In this document: one piece after another, positions 24,441 through 24,945 of the stretch
Numbering within the stretch: the first letter of the stretch is position 1
How the letters are laid out: each line of letters opens with the position of its first letter
IMG/VR virus record: IMGVR_UViG_3300047275_000379
Location: 1 to 24,945 of that record
Source of the DNA: a virus
Taxonomy: Duplodnaviria; Caudoviricetes
Length of the DNA: 24,945 nt
Direction: 5' to 3' (one strand)
Notes under the pieces: model-generated
The model's input: only the letters and a program-made list of their open reading frames with translations
Databases searched by the model: none
What the model was told of the DNA's origin: nothing
Position numbers and translations under genes: made by a program

Positions 24441-24636
24441 AGTCGCCGTACCAGCGCGTGTCCAGACGATCCGCCAGCGCGAGGTGCGTGAGCGTGGCGG
24501 TGTCGTAGAGCGCGTCCACGAGGTCGGGGAAGAGGTCGTGCAGGTGGGCGCGTCGTGCGGTGTTGCACGCCTGATAGAGCGCGTCCACGATGGACTGGAG
24601 TGCGGTGTCGGTTGCGGTGTCGGTGTTCGTTGTCAT
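24439..24636 (-). CDS. Small GC-rich early-type hypothetical protein, 65 aa
   Basis: Leaderless start 6 nt after TAAGGT. Strong G/C third-position bias. Confidence 0.75.
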   Translation of the reverse strand: MTTNTDTATDTALQSIVDALYQACNTARRAHLHDLFPDLVDALYDTATLTHLALADRLDTRWYGD

Positions 24637-24640
24637 GCCT

Positions 24641-24880
24641 TCACCTTACCCCACGGACGGGGCAAGTGACGATTCCTGTGCAAAGGACTCCAGCCCGAAG
24701 GCTGTTGCCACCTTGTCCATCGCGTTCCTGATCCCGACGAACGCGAACCACAGGGCTGTCGCCCGACTCGCGGTCAGCCTCGCTCATGACGCGCTGGTGC
24801 AGGGCATCGCGCCATTCCACCAGTGTTGCCAGTGCTTGCTCTTGGGTTTCGGTCATGTTGTTCTCCTTGTTCGTTGTCAT
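24641..24880 (-). CDS. Small GC-rich early-type hypothetical protein, possibly frameshifted near 24753
   Basis: Leaderless ATG at 24880, alternative SD-led ATG at 24856. Codon bias switches frame mid-gene. Confidence 0.6.
   Translation of the reverse strand: MTTNKENNMTETQEQALATLVEWRDALHQRVMSEADRESGDSPVVRVRRDQERDGQGGNSLRAGVLCTGIVTCPVRGVR
24643..24677 (-). promoter_or_regulatory. Repeated promoter, copy 2: AGGAATCGTCACT-N16-TAAGGT
   Basis: Followed 6 nt later by ATGACAACGAAC. Confidence 0.75.
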
Positions 24881-24887
24881 GTCCACA

Positions 24888-24945
24888 CCTTACCCCACTC
24901 CCCTGCCCAGTGGCGAATCCTACTGGGCAGGGGAGTGGGGTAAGG
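24888..24945. repeat. Perfect inverted repeat of at least 24 bp containing promoter copy 3 (AGGATTCGCCACT-N16-TAAGGT) and a probable mirror promoter
   Basis: Arms 24888-24911 and 24922-24945 with a 10-nt spacer. Runs to the window edge. Confidence 0.9.

Noticed and set aside
273-24943. Numerous plus-strand and nested ORFs in the track (e.g. 1850-2419, 4407-5084, 11025-11600, 12227-13114, 15173-15619)
   Set aside because: Antisense or out-of-frame shadows of well-supported minus-strand genes, with no motifs or start signals.

Overview
Fragment of a tailed dsDNA phage genome, most likely infecting an actinobacterium (inferred from leaderless TAnnnT promoters, host-type parS sites, a short-arm tRNA-Leu and an FmdB-type zinc ribbon). 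Almost everything is on the minus strand. In transcription order it holds: GC-rich early-type genes with a repeated promoter; a parS site; a cassette of small ADP-ribosyltransferase-like and ParB/Srx-fold proteins sharing an N-terminal leader; four tRNAs interleaved with unannotated structured RNAs; membrane, glycosyltransferase and hypothetical genes; a mucin-like surface protein; a long tail-fibre module; an M15-type lysin; a KTSC protein; and the terminase large subunit. Best leads: (1) the leader-tagged ART/ParB enzyme cassette, possibly capsid-packaged effectors; (2) a twin-hairpin sRNA with anti-Shine-Dalgarno loops and its own -10 box (3058-3143), in a phage where at least 13 genes look leaderless; (3) structured RNAs in the tRNA operon, including a 65-nt tRNA-Arg(UCG)-like cloverleaf with shrunken D and T loops. 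All calls come from reading the sequence by eye; no searches or folding programs were run.
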